Assembly: GCF_001194135.2 (NCBI RefSeq)
Contig: NC_068981.1
Span: forward strand, 47,351,486 to 47,415,485
Direction: 5' to 3'
DNA from: Octopus bimaculoides
Taxonomy: Eukaryota
DNA: 64,000 bases
Every line of letters starts with the position of its first letter. The stretch's first letter is position 1. Below are positions 63,261-64,000 of this stretch, one piece after another. The notes beneath the pieces were generated by a model that did not search any database, was not told the DNA's origin, and saw only the letters and a list, made by a program, of their open reading frames with translations. The position numbers and the translations under genes were made by a program.

Positions 63261-63649
63261 TACGAAAACTGATATTCAGCCTTTCAATACACTCTGTGTG
63301 TGTGTGTATTTTTGTGTGTGTTTATGTTTGATAGTATGAATGTATGCACTACAAAAAATCTGAAACTTTTGCGACAAAGTTAATTCCATGCTTAACGTAT
63401 GATATACGTTCACACCTATGCATTCATTTACGATATATGAAAGTTAGACCTTGAAGAATTATTAGTCGAATGAATCGACCTCAGTACGTTGTTTGAAGCA
63501 TGGTACTTATTCTAGATGTCTCTTATGCCGAACAGCTAATTTTCGGGTTGGGGGAAAAACAAATCATCAACAGTGGTGGTGGGGGAAAATCACAAACACA
63601 CACACCCATACACACACACTCACACAAACACACACACGCACGCACACGT

Positions 63650-63795
63650 ATACGATGGGCCTCTTTCAGTTTTCGTCTGACAAATCCACTCACGAAGCCT
63701 AGGTCGGCTTTCGGCCAGTAAACCAAGGTGCCACGCAAAGGGACTAAGTGTTAGTGCCATGCACTTCGAAAGAAAACTTCTTATCATACAGTCTC
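63650..63795 (-). mobile_element. tRNA-derived SINE (16009 family), diverged
   Basis: CTTTCAGTTTTCGTCTGACAAATCCACTCAC..CCAAGGTGCCACGC. Confidence 0.65.
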
Positions 63796-63836
63796 ATATA
63801 TATGTATATATGCGTGTATCTATCTACCATTTTTTG

Positions 63837-63873
<37 letters not shown>

Positions 63874-64000
63874 GTACCAACACCACTGTCAATACCACCA
63901 TCAACAACTACAAGACGAACAAGATAAACAACACCACAAACGCCACAAACAACATATCTGCCAGCATCACAAAAACAAATTTTGCCGATGCAACGAAAGA

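Overview
Eukaryotic, AT-rich, repeat-dominated window with many (AT)n/(AC)n/(TAA)n microsatellites and 11 N-gaps. The SINE families and microsatellite load suggest an octopod cephalopod (Octopus-like); this is an inference, not a database result. The only host gene I can support is the 5' part of a secreted CAP-superfamily (SCP/CRISP/venom-allergen-like) gene on the minus strand, with three GT-AG exons (17202-17131, 14146-13994, 3292-3202). It has a TATA box about 55 nt upstream of the ATG and runs off the left edge. The spliced 105-aa peptide is MFQLLQFFVLFQIFCFAYGGQLPV/NCTEYPQATMCLTDVSHEPIIPTEDDVQNILYLHNQYREQVEPLAKKMIEM/VWSESMAELALKWAMQCRFDHDTNTARIIR. The rest is decayed mobile DNA: R4/Dong-like, Tx1/L1, CR1/L2, Penelope-like, DIRS-like and Gypsy retroelements; mariner/Tc1, Helitron, a probable Chapaev fragment and MITEs; and tRNA-derived SINEs. 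The most interesting observations are: (i) hammerhead-ribozyme-like motifs in a tRNA-headed, microsatellite-linked SINE and in a ~450-bp foldback; (ii) a block upstream of the CAP gene duplicated into the gene's own intron, carrying a spliceable 63-nt hydrophobic mini-exon and an invariant 22-mer; (iii) a cleanly resolved 662-bp MITE with an 8-bp TSD and degenerate TTAGGG repeats inside a Tx1 ORF2; (iv) a complete non-autonomous Helitron nested in a relative. There are no prokaryotic features, CRISPR arrays, rRNA or intact tRNA genes. Most ORFs in the supplied track are microsatellite, gap or TE artefacts.
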